From NCBI GenBank assembly GCA_963728965.1, contig CAVSMH010000010.1, forward strand, positions 212,573-276,572: a stretch of 64,000 nt of DNA, given 5' to 3'. The position numbers and the translations under genes are program-made. Position 1 is the first letter of the stretch. Every line of letters starts with the position of its first letter. The DNA comes from Bryobacterales bacterium. GTDB taxonomy: Bacteria > Acidobacteriota > Terriglobia > Bryobacterales > Bryobacteraceae. Below are positions 36,198 through 44,619 of this stretch, piece after piece. A model generated the notes under the pieces. It was not told the origin of the DNA. It saw only the letters and a list, made by a program, of their open reading frames with translations, and did not search any database.

Positions 36198-36701
36198 TTA
36201 GCTGATGCGCTCGTACCAGCCTTTACCCACGGCTCCGCCCACGCATTGATACACGTGGCCGTCCATCGGCGGGGTCTTTTTACCCGACTTGAACCAGGTG
36301 TCCATCGGGCCAACGGCGAACCACACACCAGCTCCGCCGTCCGCGGAATGGCCGATGTCGATCACGCCCTGGGGCAGCGCGGCTTCACGCTCGGCTTGGG
36401 TCTTGCTGCGGTCTTCGGGCAGCGGCGGCACGTCGCACACGGGTTGATCGCCCCGCGTGACGTAGGCCCACCCCTCGGCGTCGACCTTCACCACCAGGCC
36501 GTTGGGCGGTTGCGGCGGATTCGAGGTATCGATCCGGCCGGCGTCCACCGAGATTTTCCAGTTATTGAAGGCCGTCATGTAGATAGTCTTCAAGTCTTCG
36601 TTGCGGAAATCGCACTGCAGCTTCGCGCTCGCCAGTACATTTGCCTGAGCGGCTTCCAACGTAGTCGTCTCAGGGTCGAGTTTTACGGGTATAGTCCCCA
36701 T
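36198..36701 (-). CDS. Hypothetical protein (no signal peptide, no recognised domain)
   Basis: 167-aa ORF with normal amino-acid composition, convergent with the preceding gene. No motif that I can assign. Confidence 0.5.
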   Translation of the reverse strand: MGTIPVKLDPETTTLEAAQANVLASAKLQCDFRNEDLKTIYMTAFNNWKISVDAGRIDTSNPPQPPNGLVVKVDAEGWAYVTRGDQPVCDVPPLPEDRSKTQAEREAALPQGVIDIGHSADGGAGVWFAVGPMDTWFKSGKKTPPMDGHVYQCVGGAVGKGWYERIS

Positions 36702-36871
36702 CCAATCTCCTAGTTCCAGGCTAGAAGACGGTCAGCGGGGTTCCGGTGGCGGAAGGTGGCAAGTGGTTGATTTCTTGGACAAAACTATTTTGCTGGGGGC
36801 GTGAATGCCTCATTGGGGGTCCCCCACAACGGAGGATGAAACGAAATCCGCGCCGGATATCGAGGTTGCCG

Positions 36872-36893
36872 CCACAGAGTCTGCACCACAGAG
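36872..36893 (+). repeat. Direct repeat CCACAGAG x2 (14-nt period) upstream of the FHA operon
   Basis: CCACAGAG at 36872-36879 and 36886-36893, about 45-65 nt upstream of the TAGAAT box at 36936. Confidence 0.2.
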
Positions 36894-36935
36894 AGCGACG
36901 AATTGACTGAACCGGCGGGGAAGACCGTACGTTGT

Positions 36936-36941
36936 TAGAAT
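36936..36941 (+). promoter_or_regulatory. -10-like box (TGtTAGAAT, extended) immediately upstream of the FHA operon
   Basis: Sequence is gtTGTTAGAATcgtATGaggctccttATG. ATG 36945 is 3 nt downstream and ATG 36957 is 15 nt downstream. Confidence 0.3.
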
Positions 36942-36944
36942 CGT

Positions 36945-37856
36945 ATGAGGCTCCTTATGGACCGGCCTGCCACGACCCAAGCTGCTACCGCCCGCGACAT
37001 TATTATGGAGATCCTTCGGAATATGCGGGAAGGGCTGGAGCCCCTTCATTACTCCGTGCTGCCCCCTTCCATCTTCGACGTTTACCTGTATCCGGATGAT
37101 TTGGAACGGCTGCGCGGCATTCTGCCGCGGATTCTGGATGAGGCCCGGCGGGCGCTTGATGCGGAACTGGAGAAGCTCAATCGGGCTTCGCTGCGGGAGC
37201 GGTTGAAAATCGCGCGTCGCGGGGAGCCGAAGATCGCCGCGCCGGAGGGCGGGTGGCGGATCCGGCTCCTCGAGAATACCGACGACGATGCCGAGCCGGG
37301 CGACATCACGATTCATTCGGAACTGGCGCTGCCGGCCAAGCCCGAGTTCGGCGCCGGGTCCATGACTAAGCGGATCGCGACGCGGCGCAATGTGGGCGGC
37401 GGGCGCACCACCTATCAGCCCCAACCTGCCGCGGCGGCAGCCACGACGGCCGCGGCTCCTGCGCCCGCCGAGCGCCCGCCGGAGATCGAGGCCGGTTGCC
37501 TGGCCGTGATCGAGTACGACGATCACGGCGTGCGGAAGACGTTCCAGATGACCAAAGAACAGATCGTAGTAGGGCGCGGCGGGCGCGACTACTGGACCGA
37601 TCTCAAGCTCGACACCGTGCCGGATGTTTCGCGCGAGCACTTCCGCCTGCGGCGCGACGCGGAAACCGGCAAGTTCTTCCTGAAGGACCTGAGCCGGCTG
37701 GGCACCACCATCAACGGGGAGAAAGCGCCTTCGAGCATCGAAATCGTGGACGGGGAGAAGCGGGACCGGAACGTGGAGGCGCCGGTGCCCGACGAGGCGC
37801 GGATCGGGCTCGCGGACGTGCTCTACCTCCATTTCCGAAGCGCATCGCATGGTTAA
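36945..37856 (+). CDS. FHA-domain protein (N-terminal FhaA-like region, Ala/Pro linker, C-terminal FHA)
   Basis: FHA signature IVVGRGG...VSREHFRLRRDAETGKFFLKDLSRLGTTINGEK. N-terminal ...LPPSIFDVYLYPDDLERL... ATG 36957 is an alternative start. Confidence 0.8.
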   Translation: MRLLMDRPATTQAATARDIIMEILRNMREGLEPLHYSVLPPSIFDVYLYPDDLERLRGILPRILDEARRALDAELEKLNRASLRERLKIARRGEPKIAAPEGGWRIRLLENTDDDAEPGDITIHSELALPAKPEFGAGSMTKRIATRRNVGGGRTTYQPQPAAAAATTAAAPAPAERPPEIEAGCLAVIEYDDHGVRKTFQMTKEQIVVGRGGRDYWTDLKLDTVPDVSREHFRLRRDAETGKFFLKDLSRLGTTINGEKAPSSIEIVDGEKRDRNVEAPVPDEARIGLADVLYLHFRSASHG

Positions 37857-39366
37857 AGCCAGACTGAAGTGTGCGGGTGATACCCACCCCGGCCGGGTGC
37901 GGACCAACAACGAAGATGCGTTCCACCTGGACGTGGACCGCGGCATCTTTTTCGTGGTGGACGGCATCGGCGGGCAGGCGGCGGGGGAGAAAGCCGCCGC
38001 CATCGCGGTGGAGCGGCTCCGCGCTCGCCTGGAGCGGCTGACTGGCACGGCGGAGCAGCGCATCCGCGAGGGCATCACGGTGGCAAACAATGAGATTCTG
38101 CGCGCAGCCCGCAGCCATCCGGAATGGGAGGGCATGGCCTGCGTGCTCACCGTGGCGGTGCTGGAGAACGGCTCGGCGGTGGTGGGCCACGTGGGCGATT
38201 CGCGCCTGTATCAGGTGCGCGCCGGCGGAATCCGCAAGATCACGCACGACCATTCGCCGGTGGGCGAGCGCGAGGACAACCGCGAGCTGAGCGAGGCCGA
38301 GGCCATGCGGCACCCGCGGCGTAACGAGGTTTTCCGCGACGTCGGATCGGAGGAGCACACTCCCGACGATCGCGACTGGATCGAGATCCGGCGGCTTGCG
38401 TTCGACGCCGACACCGCCCTCCTGTTGTGCAGCGACGGGCTGAGCGACCAGGTGCCTTCGGGCGAGATTCGCCGGCTGGTGGAACAGAACGCCGGTAACC
38501 CGGAGGCGGCGGTGCGCGACCTGATCGATGCCGCCAACCGTGCCGGCGGCAAGGACAACGTTACGGTGGTGCTGATGGAAGGCGAGCAGTTCCAGGCGCC
38601 GGCCCGCGTCGTCGCGGCACCGCCAACTCGCACGGGTGGCCGCTGGTGGTTTCTGGCAGCCGGACTGCTCTTGGGCTTGGCGGCGATGTTCGGAGCACTG
38701 AAGTGGCTCGGGTGGCGGGTCCCTCCCCCGCCGGTGGCGCCCCCGCAGGTAGTCCTGGTCGGTACGGGACAGGCGTTCACGCGGATCGGCGACGCGCTGG
38801 CGCAGGCGCGCGCGGGCGACGTCGTGGAAGTGCTCGCCGGCGACTACCACGAGCAGGTGCGGCTCAAAGAAGGCGTCACCGTACGCAGCCGCGTGCCGCG
38901 GGAAGCCGTGCTGCTGGCAGTGCCGCTGAGCGACGGCCCGGTGGTGGTGGCCGACTCGGTTAAAGACGGGCGCATCGCGGGCTTTCTGATTCGCGCCGAC
39001 CAGCAGGCCCCGATGGCGGCCGGAATCGTGCTCACCGGTTCGGATGTGGTGGTGGAGGACATGGAAGTGAAAGGCGCCGCCAAGGGAATCGTAATTCACG
39101 GTGGAACTCCGGTGCTGTTGGGGAATTCCATCCTCGACGGCACCGGCGAAGGCATCGTGGTGAGCGCTTCGAACGCCTGGGTTCTGCATAACTCGATTCG
39201 CAGGAACAAAGGCGCCGGGCTGGCGGCGCGCGACGGTGCCCAGCCAGTGGTGGCCGAGAACGTCTTCGAGAGAAACACAGTGGAACTGCCGAACGAAATG
39301 CTCAATGCGGTGAAGGCGCTCAACGTGTTCGTGGGAATGCCCAGGGTGGGGCCAGCCAGAAAATGA
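37849..39366 (+). CDS. PP2C-family Ser/Thr phosphatase with TM helix and extracytoplasmic right-handed beta-helix domain
   Basis: PP2C blocks NEDAF, VVDGIGGQAAGE, VGDSRLY, LLCSDGL and GGKDNVTVV. TM helix RWWFLAAGLLLGLAAMFGALKWLGW. The C-terminal ~220 aa have PbH1-like repeats (GIVLTGSDVVVEDMEV.GAAKGIVIHGGTPVLLGNSILDGTGEGIVVSASNAWVLHNSI..N). 8-nt overlap with the upstream gene. Confidence 0.85.
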   Translation: MVKARLKCAGDTHPGRVRTNNEDAFHLDVDRGIFFVVDGIGGQAAGEKAAAIAVERLRARLERLTGTAEQRIREGITVANNEILRAARSHPEWEGMACVLTVAVLENGSAVVGHVGDSRLYQVRAGGIRKITHDHSPVGEREDNRELSEAEAMRHPRRNEVFRDVGSEEHTPDDRDWIEIRRLAFDADTALLLCSDGLSDQVPSGEIRRLVEQNAGNPEAAVRDLIDAANRAGGKDNVTVVLMEGEQFQAPARVVAAPPTRTGGRWWFLAAGLLLGLAAMFGALKWLGWRVPPPPVAPPQVVLVGTGQAFTRIGDALAQARAGDVVEVLAGDYHEQVRLKEGVTVRSRVPREAVLLAVPLSDGPVVVADSVKDGRIAGFLIRADQQAPMAAGIVLTGSDVVVEDMEVKGAAKGIVIHGGTPVLLGNSILDGTGEGIVVSASNAWVLHNSIRRNKGAGLAARDGAQPVVAENVFERNTVELPNEMLNAVKALNVFVGMPRVGPARK

Positions 39367-41312
39367 TAGCGCCGGCGAGCCGGAAGATCGGAAAGTACGG
39401 CATCCTGCGCAAGCTGGGCCGCGGCGGGATGGCGGACGTGTACCTGGCCCAGGATAGCGAGTGCCACTGCACGGTGGCGCTGAAACTGATCGAGCACGCA
39501 CCCGACCCCGATACGCAGGATGCGATCGAGGCCGAACGGCGCGGCGCCACGCTGCAAGCCCGGCTGGCCGAGACCGAGCGGCACGTCGTGCGGATTTTCG
39601 ATTCGAGCGACGCCGACGGGTTCTTCTACGTGGCCATGGAGTACGTGGAAGGCCAGGACCTCTCCGAACTGCTGCGGCGCGGTCCGCTGCCGGCGGAGTT
39701 CGCCGTGGATGCGGCCCGGGCGGTGGCGCAGACCCTCGACAGCGCCCACCATCTCCAGGTGATCATCGATGGCAAGGAGTTCCACGGCATCGTTCACGGC
39801 GATATCAAGCCGAAGAACATCCGCATCGACACCACCGGAGAGGTGCGCGTACTGGATTTCGGGATCGCCAAGGCGCTGTCGCTTTCCCGGCGACTGACCC
39901 GCAACGAGTTCGGCAGCGTGCCCTACGGCTCCCCGGAACGGCTGGAACTCGGCGAAGTGAACGTGCTTTCCGACCTGTGGTCGCTGGCGGTGATGCTGTA
40001 CGAAATGCTGACCGGCGCGCAGCCCTACCAGGCGGAGAACACGGAGCGGCTCGAACGCCTCATCCGCTCGCGCGTGGCACCGCCGGCGCTGCCGGATTCG
40101 TGTCCGGAGACGCTGCGGCGCATCCTCCGGAAAGCGATGGCGCCGGAGCCGGAGTTGCGGTACCAGTCGGCGCGGGAGTTCGACGAAGACCTGGCTGCCT
40201 TTCGCGAGGGCGGAACGGTGCGGGCGCTGGTGGAGGATCTGGAGGCCACGCGCCGGACGGGGCGCCGCGACCTGGACGAGACACGCCGCACGCAGACCGG
40301 GACACTCGCCGCGGCCGACGATGAGACGCGGCGGACCGCCACCAACGGCCGGGCGTCCCTTCATTTCGGAAAATGGCCGCCCAAGCGGCGCCGTCTGCTG
40401 CGCCGGAAGATCCTGTCCGTCGCGTCCCTGGTAGTGGGATTGTGGATGGCGTGGCTGCTGATTTCGAGCGTGCTGCTCTACAAGCGCGGGCAGGCGCTGA
40501 CCCGCGAGATTGCCGCCGAGCAGGTGACCGACCCCAACCAGGTGTGGGCGCGATGGACCGAACTGGCGGGAAATAATCCTTCCTCTCCGTGGCTCAGCGC
40601 GCCCCGCAAGGCAGTGAAGCAGAAACTGGCGGGCGCCGCGGACCGGGTGATCGAGAGTTACCGCAACGGCGACGTGGTATATGAGACCCAGTGGAAGAGC
40701 GCCCGCGACCTGCTGGCCCACACCCTGGTGCTCGATCCGGACAACGAAGTGCGCGCGAAGCTGCGCGTGTGCGAGGGGCACCTGGCGCGAATCAGCGGCT
40801 CGAGCCACCGCTCGGCGTCCGAATATAACGATGCCGTGTCCAAGTTCAACGAAGCCCACCAACTGATGCCGCAATCGCCCGACCCGCTGCTGGGACTGGC
40901 GCGGGTTTACGTCTACGGCCTGAAAGACATCGATAAGGGCTACCAGGCGCTGGAGCAGGTGGAAAAGCGTGGGTTTCAACTGGGCAATCGCGAGAAGAGC
41001 CTGCTCGCCGACGGGTATCGTGAGCGGGCCGACCGGCTCTTCTGGGACTCCCGCACGGTGCGCGGGATGCCGCAGGAGAAGGACGAGATCGAGCGCGCCA
41101 GAGACGACTACGAGCGGTCGCTCAAGCTGTACCAGAGTGTGGCGCCGTGGGGCAACGCCTATGCCAGCATCGGGCGCGTGGAACAGAGCCTGGAGAGCGT
41201 CAATTCGCGATTGCAGCAGATCGAGCACGGAAACGGCCCCCTGGGCGTGCTGGAGAAGGCCAAGAAGATTCCCTCCTGGCTCAAGCCCCTGATCGATCGG
41301 ATCACCAGGTGA
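39363..41312 (+). CDS. Ser/Thr protein kinase (non-RD, HGD catalytic loop) with TM helix and helical/TPR-like ectodomain
   Basis: Kinase motifs LGRGGMADVY, VALKLI, HGDIKPKNIRID, DFGIAK and GSPERL. TM helix ILSVASLVVGLWMAWLLISSVLL. All-helical C-terminus. ATGA overlap with the phosphatase gene. Confidence 0.85.
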   Translation: MIAPASRKIGKYGILRKLGRGGMADVYLAQDSECHCTVALKLIEHAPDPDTQDAIEAERRGATLQARLAETERHVVRIFDSSDADGFFYVAMEYVEGQDLSELLRRGPLPAEFAVDAARAVAQTLDSAHHLQVIIDGKEFHGIVHGDIKPKNIRIDTTGEVRVLDFGIAKALSLSRRLTRNEFGSVPYGSPERLELGEVNVLSDLWSLAVMLYEMLTGAQPYQAENTERLERLIRSRVAPPALPDSCPETLRRILRKAMAPEPELRYQSAREFDEDLAAFREGGTVRALVEDLEATRRTGRRDLDETRRTQTGTLAAADDETRRTATNGRASLHFGKWPPKRRRLLRRKILSVASLVVGLWMAWLLISSVLLYKRGQALTREIAAEQVTDPNQVWARWTELAGNNPSSPWLSAPRKAVKQKLAGAADRVIESYRNGDVVYETQWKSARDLLAHTLVLDPDNEVRAKLRVCEGHLARISGSSHRSASEYNDAVSKFNEAHQLMPQSPDPLLGLARVYVYGLKDIDKGYQALEQVEKRGFQLGNREKSLLADGYRERADRLFWDSRTVRGMPQEKDEIERARDDYERSLKLYQSVAPWGNAYASIGRVEQSLESVNSRLQQIEHGNGPLGVLEKAKKIPSWLKPLIDRITR

Positions 41313-41412
41313 GGATTCTGGTGCCGGCTTCCGATTGCTGGAGCGGGACTCTACCCGCTCTTTGGCGAAACCATGGGACCGTACCGCGGCGGCAACACGG
41401 CGGGTCGAGGAT

Positions 41413-44400
41413 ATGGCGGTAACACGTAGCAGGGCGGCCGAACGGGCCGAAGTGCGGCGGGTGCCCGGAGGCCGCCTCTTGTGGCGGCGGCACGAGCTTG
41501 GGGGCATGGTGGCCGCGTGTCTGCTGGTCGCGGTCGGGCTCATTCTGGTCTACCGCTCCAAAGCCGACGCGCTCAACGATAACCCGCAGTTGGTGAACCT
41601 GAACGCGCTGACCGCGCGCGAGGAACTGTTGCCGGCGCTGGGCTCGATTCAGGACCCGCGGGAACGGCTGGAGACGGCGCGCAAAATCTACTACCTTTCG
41701 GGCTCGCTTCCGAATGTGGGCGGAATCCGGCACCTGCTCAGCGGCGAGCAGTTTCGCGAGTTGAAGCCGACATTCGTGGTGCGGCGGCCGGCGCAGTTCC
41801 GCCGGGCATTCTGGCTCTGGGTGACGCTGTTCTTCGCAGCGTTCCTGGCAGTGCACGTCTGGTGGAGCCTGCGGCGGTTCGAGGGCGACCCGCTGCTGCT
41901 GCCGGCGGTACTGGCCCTCAGCGGGATCGGGCTGATCCTGATGATCAGCCTGCGCGATCCACTCCGCGACAACCTGCTGTTCGTGGAGTTCGCGCAGGGC
42001 GCCGTTCTGGGCGCGATTCTGCTGGCCGGGCTGAGCGCCCTGGACTACCAGAAACTGCTGGGGAAGCTCACTTTCGTTCCGCTGCTGGCCAGCTTTGCCC
42101 TTTCGGTCCTGCTGATCTTGTTCGGCCATGGACCGGGCACGAGCGACGCCAAAGTGAACCTGCTCGGGTTCCAGCCGGTGGAGATCATCCGCCTGCTGCT
42201 GATTCTTTTCCTGGCGGGTTTTTTTGCCAGCCGGTGGGACGTGCTGCGCCACGCGCGGGAAACGCGGCCCTCGCTGGCGCGGCTGACGCGCCGCTTCGAT
42301 ATTCCGCCGGTGGAGTACACCGCGCCGGTGGTGGTGTCGGTGGCGTTGTCGCTCGTCTTCTTCTTCCTGCAACGCGACATGGGCCCGGCGCTGGTCTTCG
42401 CGAGCCTGTTCCTGGTGCTGTACGCGGTGGCGCGGGGCAGCGTCCTGGTGCCCGCGGTGGGCCTGGGGCTGGTGGCCGCGGGGTTCGGATTCGGTTATCT
42501 CATCGGCGTGCCGCACACCGTGGCCAGCCGCATGGCCATGTGGCTCTCGCCATGGAACAACGTGGTGCACGGCGGCGATCAACTGGCGCATTCGCTGTGG
42601 GCGTTTGCGACGGGCGGCCTCACGGGCATGGGAATCGGCAGGGGCGATCCCGGGCTGGTCCCGGCGGCGCACACCGACCTCATCCTCTCTGCACTGGGTG
42701 AGGAGTGGGGATTCCTGGGTGTGGCGGCGGTGCTCGCGCTCTATGCCTTCCTGGTGTACCGTTCGCTGCGCATCGCCACCCGGTCGCGGTCGGATTACGA
42801 ATTCTTCCTGGGTACCGGGCTGGCGGCGGCGACGGCTTTGCAGGTTCTGTTGATCTCGGCCGGCGCGTTGGGCGTGATGCCGCTGTCGGGCGTGGTCACG
42901 CCGTTCCTGAGCTACGGGCGCACGTCCATGCTGGCGAACTTCGCCATGATTGCGATGGTGGCGGCGATTTCCTCGCGCGCCGGCAAACCGGTCGCGGAGC
43001 GGCTGCCCCCTCTGCGCGCCGGAACGCGCACGCTCGCCGCGGTGTTCGCCGTGTGCGGAGCTGTGGTGCTAGCCAAGGCGGCTTACGTGCAAGTGCTGCG
43101 CAGCGCGACGGTTATGGGGCAAGGCACTCTGGTGGTGCAGGCCGACGGGGCTCGGCGCTATCAGTACAACCCCCGATTCCAGGACGTGATGCGCGAGATT
43201 CCGAAAGGCTCGATTTACGACCGCAACGGTCTGCCTCTGGCCACCAGCAACTGGGACGAACTGGAAAAGCACCGGGCGGAATACAAGCAGCTCGGCATCG
43301 ATATCGACCGCGCGTGCTCCAGGACGGACACCCGCCACTATCCGCTGGGCGGGCTGCTTTTCGACATGCTGGGCGATTTGCGGACGCGCATGCGGTGGGG
43401 TGCGTCGAACACTTCCTTCGTGGAGCGCGACTCGGCACGGCGCCTGCGCGGCTACGACGACCGGCCGGAACTGGTGCAGGTGAAGGATCCGCGCAGCGGC
43501 CGGATGGACACCGTGATCCGCTACGACTACCGCGAGCTGGTGCCCTTGTTGCGGCATCGCCGCGACCCGCAGAATCCGGCCGTGCGCCGCATCCTGGACC
43601 GGCCGCGCGACGTGAAGATGTCGGTCGATGCGCGGCTCGAAGTCAAGCTGGGAGAGATTCTGCGGAACCAGTTGCGGCAGGCGGGCAAGGACAAGGGGGC
43701 CGCGGTGGTGATGGATGCAGCGACGGGAGACCTGCTCGCGGCAGTGAGCCTGCCGGTGCCGCCCGATCGCCCCGAAGCCGCGGCGCCGGCGCCCGATGCG
43801 GCGAATCCGTTCCTGGACCGGGCGCGGTACGGGCTCTATCCGCCCGGCTCGACCTTCAAAGTGGTGACCGCCATGGCAGCGCTGCGAAAGGACGCGGGCC
43901 TGGTGCACCGCACCTACGAGTGCATCCGCCTGCCCGACGGGCGTGTGGGCAACTACATCAAAGGCTCGAGCCGGCCCATCCGCGACGATATTCAGGACAC
44001 CTCGCCGCACGGGACGGTCGACATGGCCCGCGGCATCACGGTTTCGTGCAACGCGTACTTCGCCCAGTTAGGGACGTACGATGTGGGGGCGCAGGCGCTG
44101 TTCGACACGGCGAAGCTGCTGGGCATTACGGTGGCCGCCCCGGATACGGCCGCGCAGCTTCATAAATCCCTGCCGCAATCGGCCTACGGGCAGGGGCAGG
44201 TCGTAGCGTCGCCATTCCAGATGGCGCGCGTGGCGGCCACTGTCGCGGCGGGCGGCATGATGCCGCAAGGCCGGTGGATTACCGACGAGAACAACGTACG
44301 CACCAACGAACCCGCCCCGGTGCTGCCCCCCGAGGCGGCGCAGACGCTGGCCCGGTTCATGCGCGCGGTGGTGACCTCGGGCACGGGGCGGCGCGCCGCG

Positions 44401-44619
44401 GCGTCCGATGTGGCCGTTGCCGGCAAGACCGGTACGGCGGAGCTGGCCGACGCGCCTTCCCACGCCTGGTTCATCGGCTTTGCGCCCTACGGGGGCACGG
44501 GGCGCAAGCTCGCCGTCTCGGTGCTGGTGGAAAATGGAATCTACGGCGGTACGGCGGCGGCGCCCGCGGCGGCCGAGATCATGAGCGCCGCGGCGAAGCT
44601 GGGGTTGATGAAACCATGA
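41413..44619 (+). CDS. Fused SEDS glycosyltransferase (RodA/FtsW family) and class B penicillin-binding protein (transpeptidase)
   Basis: Single uninterrupted frame. SEDS blocks DPLLLPAVLALSGIGLILMISL, LGFQPVEIIRLLLILFLAGFF, HTDLILSALGEEWGFLG and GVMPLSGVVTPFLSYGRTSM. Then an extra TM helix TRTLAAVFAVCGAVVLAKAAY. Then a bPBP with SxxK (PPGSTFKV), SxN (TVSCNAYF) and KTG (AGKTGTAE). The start is uncertain (ATG 41413 vs TTG 41335). Confidence 0.85.
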   Translation: MAVTRSRAAERAEVRRVPGGRLLWRRHELGGMVAACLLVAVGLILVYRSKADALNDNPQLVNLNALTAREELLPALGSIQDPRERLETARKIYYLSGSLPNVGGIRHLLSGEQFRELKPTFVVRRPAQFRRAFWLWVTLFFAAFLAVHVWWSLRRFEGDPLLLPAVLALSGIGLILMISLRDPLRDNLLFVEFAQGAVLGAILLAGLSALDYQKLLGKLTFVPLLASFALSVLLILFGHGPGTSDAKVNLLGFQPVEIIRLLLILFLAGFFASRWDVLRHARETRPSLARLTRRFDIPPVEYTAPVVVSVALSLVFFFLQRDMGPALVFASLFLVLYAVARGSVLVPAVGLGLVAAGFGFGYLIGVPHTVASRMAMWLSPWNNVVHGGDQLAHSLWAFATGGLTGMGIGRGDPGLVPAAHTDLILSALGEEWGFLGVAAVLALYAFLVYRSLRIATRSRSDYEFFLGTGLAAATALQVLLISAGALGVMPLSGVVTPFLSYGRTSMLANFAMIAMVAAISSRAGKPVAERLPPLRAGTRTLAAVFAVCGAVVLAKAAYVQVLRSATVMGQGTLVVQADGARRYQYNPRFQDVMREIPKGSIYDRNGLPLATSNWDELEKHRAEYKQLGIDIDRACSRTDTRHYPLGGLLFDMLGDLRTRMRWGASNTSFVERDSARRLRGYDDRPELVQVKDPRSGRMDTVIRYDYRELVPLLRHRRDPQNPAVRRILDRPRDVKMSVDARLEVKLGEILRNQLRQAGKDKGAAVVMDAATGDLLAAVSLPVPPDRPEAAAPAPDAANPFLDRARYGLYPPGSTFKVVTAMAALRKDAGLVHRTYECIRLPDGRVGNYIKGSSRPIRDDIQDTSPHGTVDMARGITVSCNAYFAQLGTYDVGAQALFDTAKLLGITVAAPDTAAQLHKSLPQSAYGQGQVVASPFQMARVAATVAAGGMMPQGRWITDENNVRTNEPAPVLPPEAAQTLARFMRAVVTSGTGRRAAASDVAVAGKTGTAELADAPSHAWFIGFAPYGGTGRKLAVSVLVENGIYGGTAAAPAAAEIMSAAAKLGLMKP

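Noticed and set aside
36814-36826. TGGGGGTCCCCCA palindrome in the FHA-operon upstream region
   Set aside because: The 1-nt centre cannot form an RNA hairpin. It is a single short occurrence with no second copy, so there is no support for function.
37711-39501. 596-aa minus-strand ORF opposite the PP2C gene. The same applies to 36810-38150, 41302-42672, 4184-5659, 7126-8292, 9370-10620, 13103-14518, 17852-19402 and 56283-58139.
   Set aside because: All lie entirely within, and antisense to or out of frame with, genes that carry strong family motifs. All show GC-driven Arg/Gly/Pro/Ala-rich translations.
39096-41543. 815-aa ORF on the minus strand covering the kinase gene
   Set aside because: It is fully antisense to a kinase gene with clear catalytic motifs. 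The translation is Arg/Pro/Gly/Ala-rich with no motif, which is the usual long antisense open frame of a high-GC genome.
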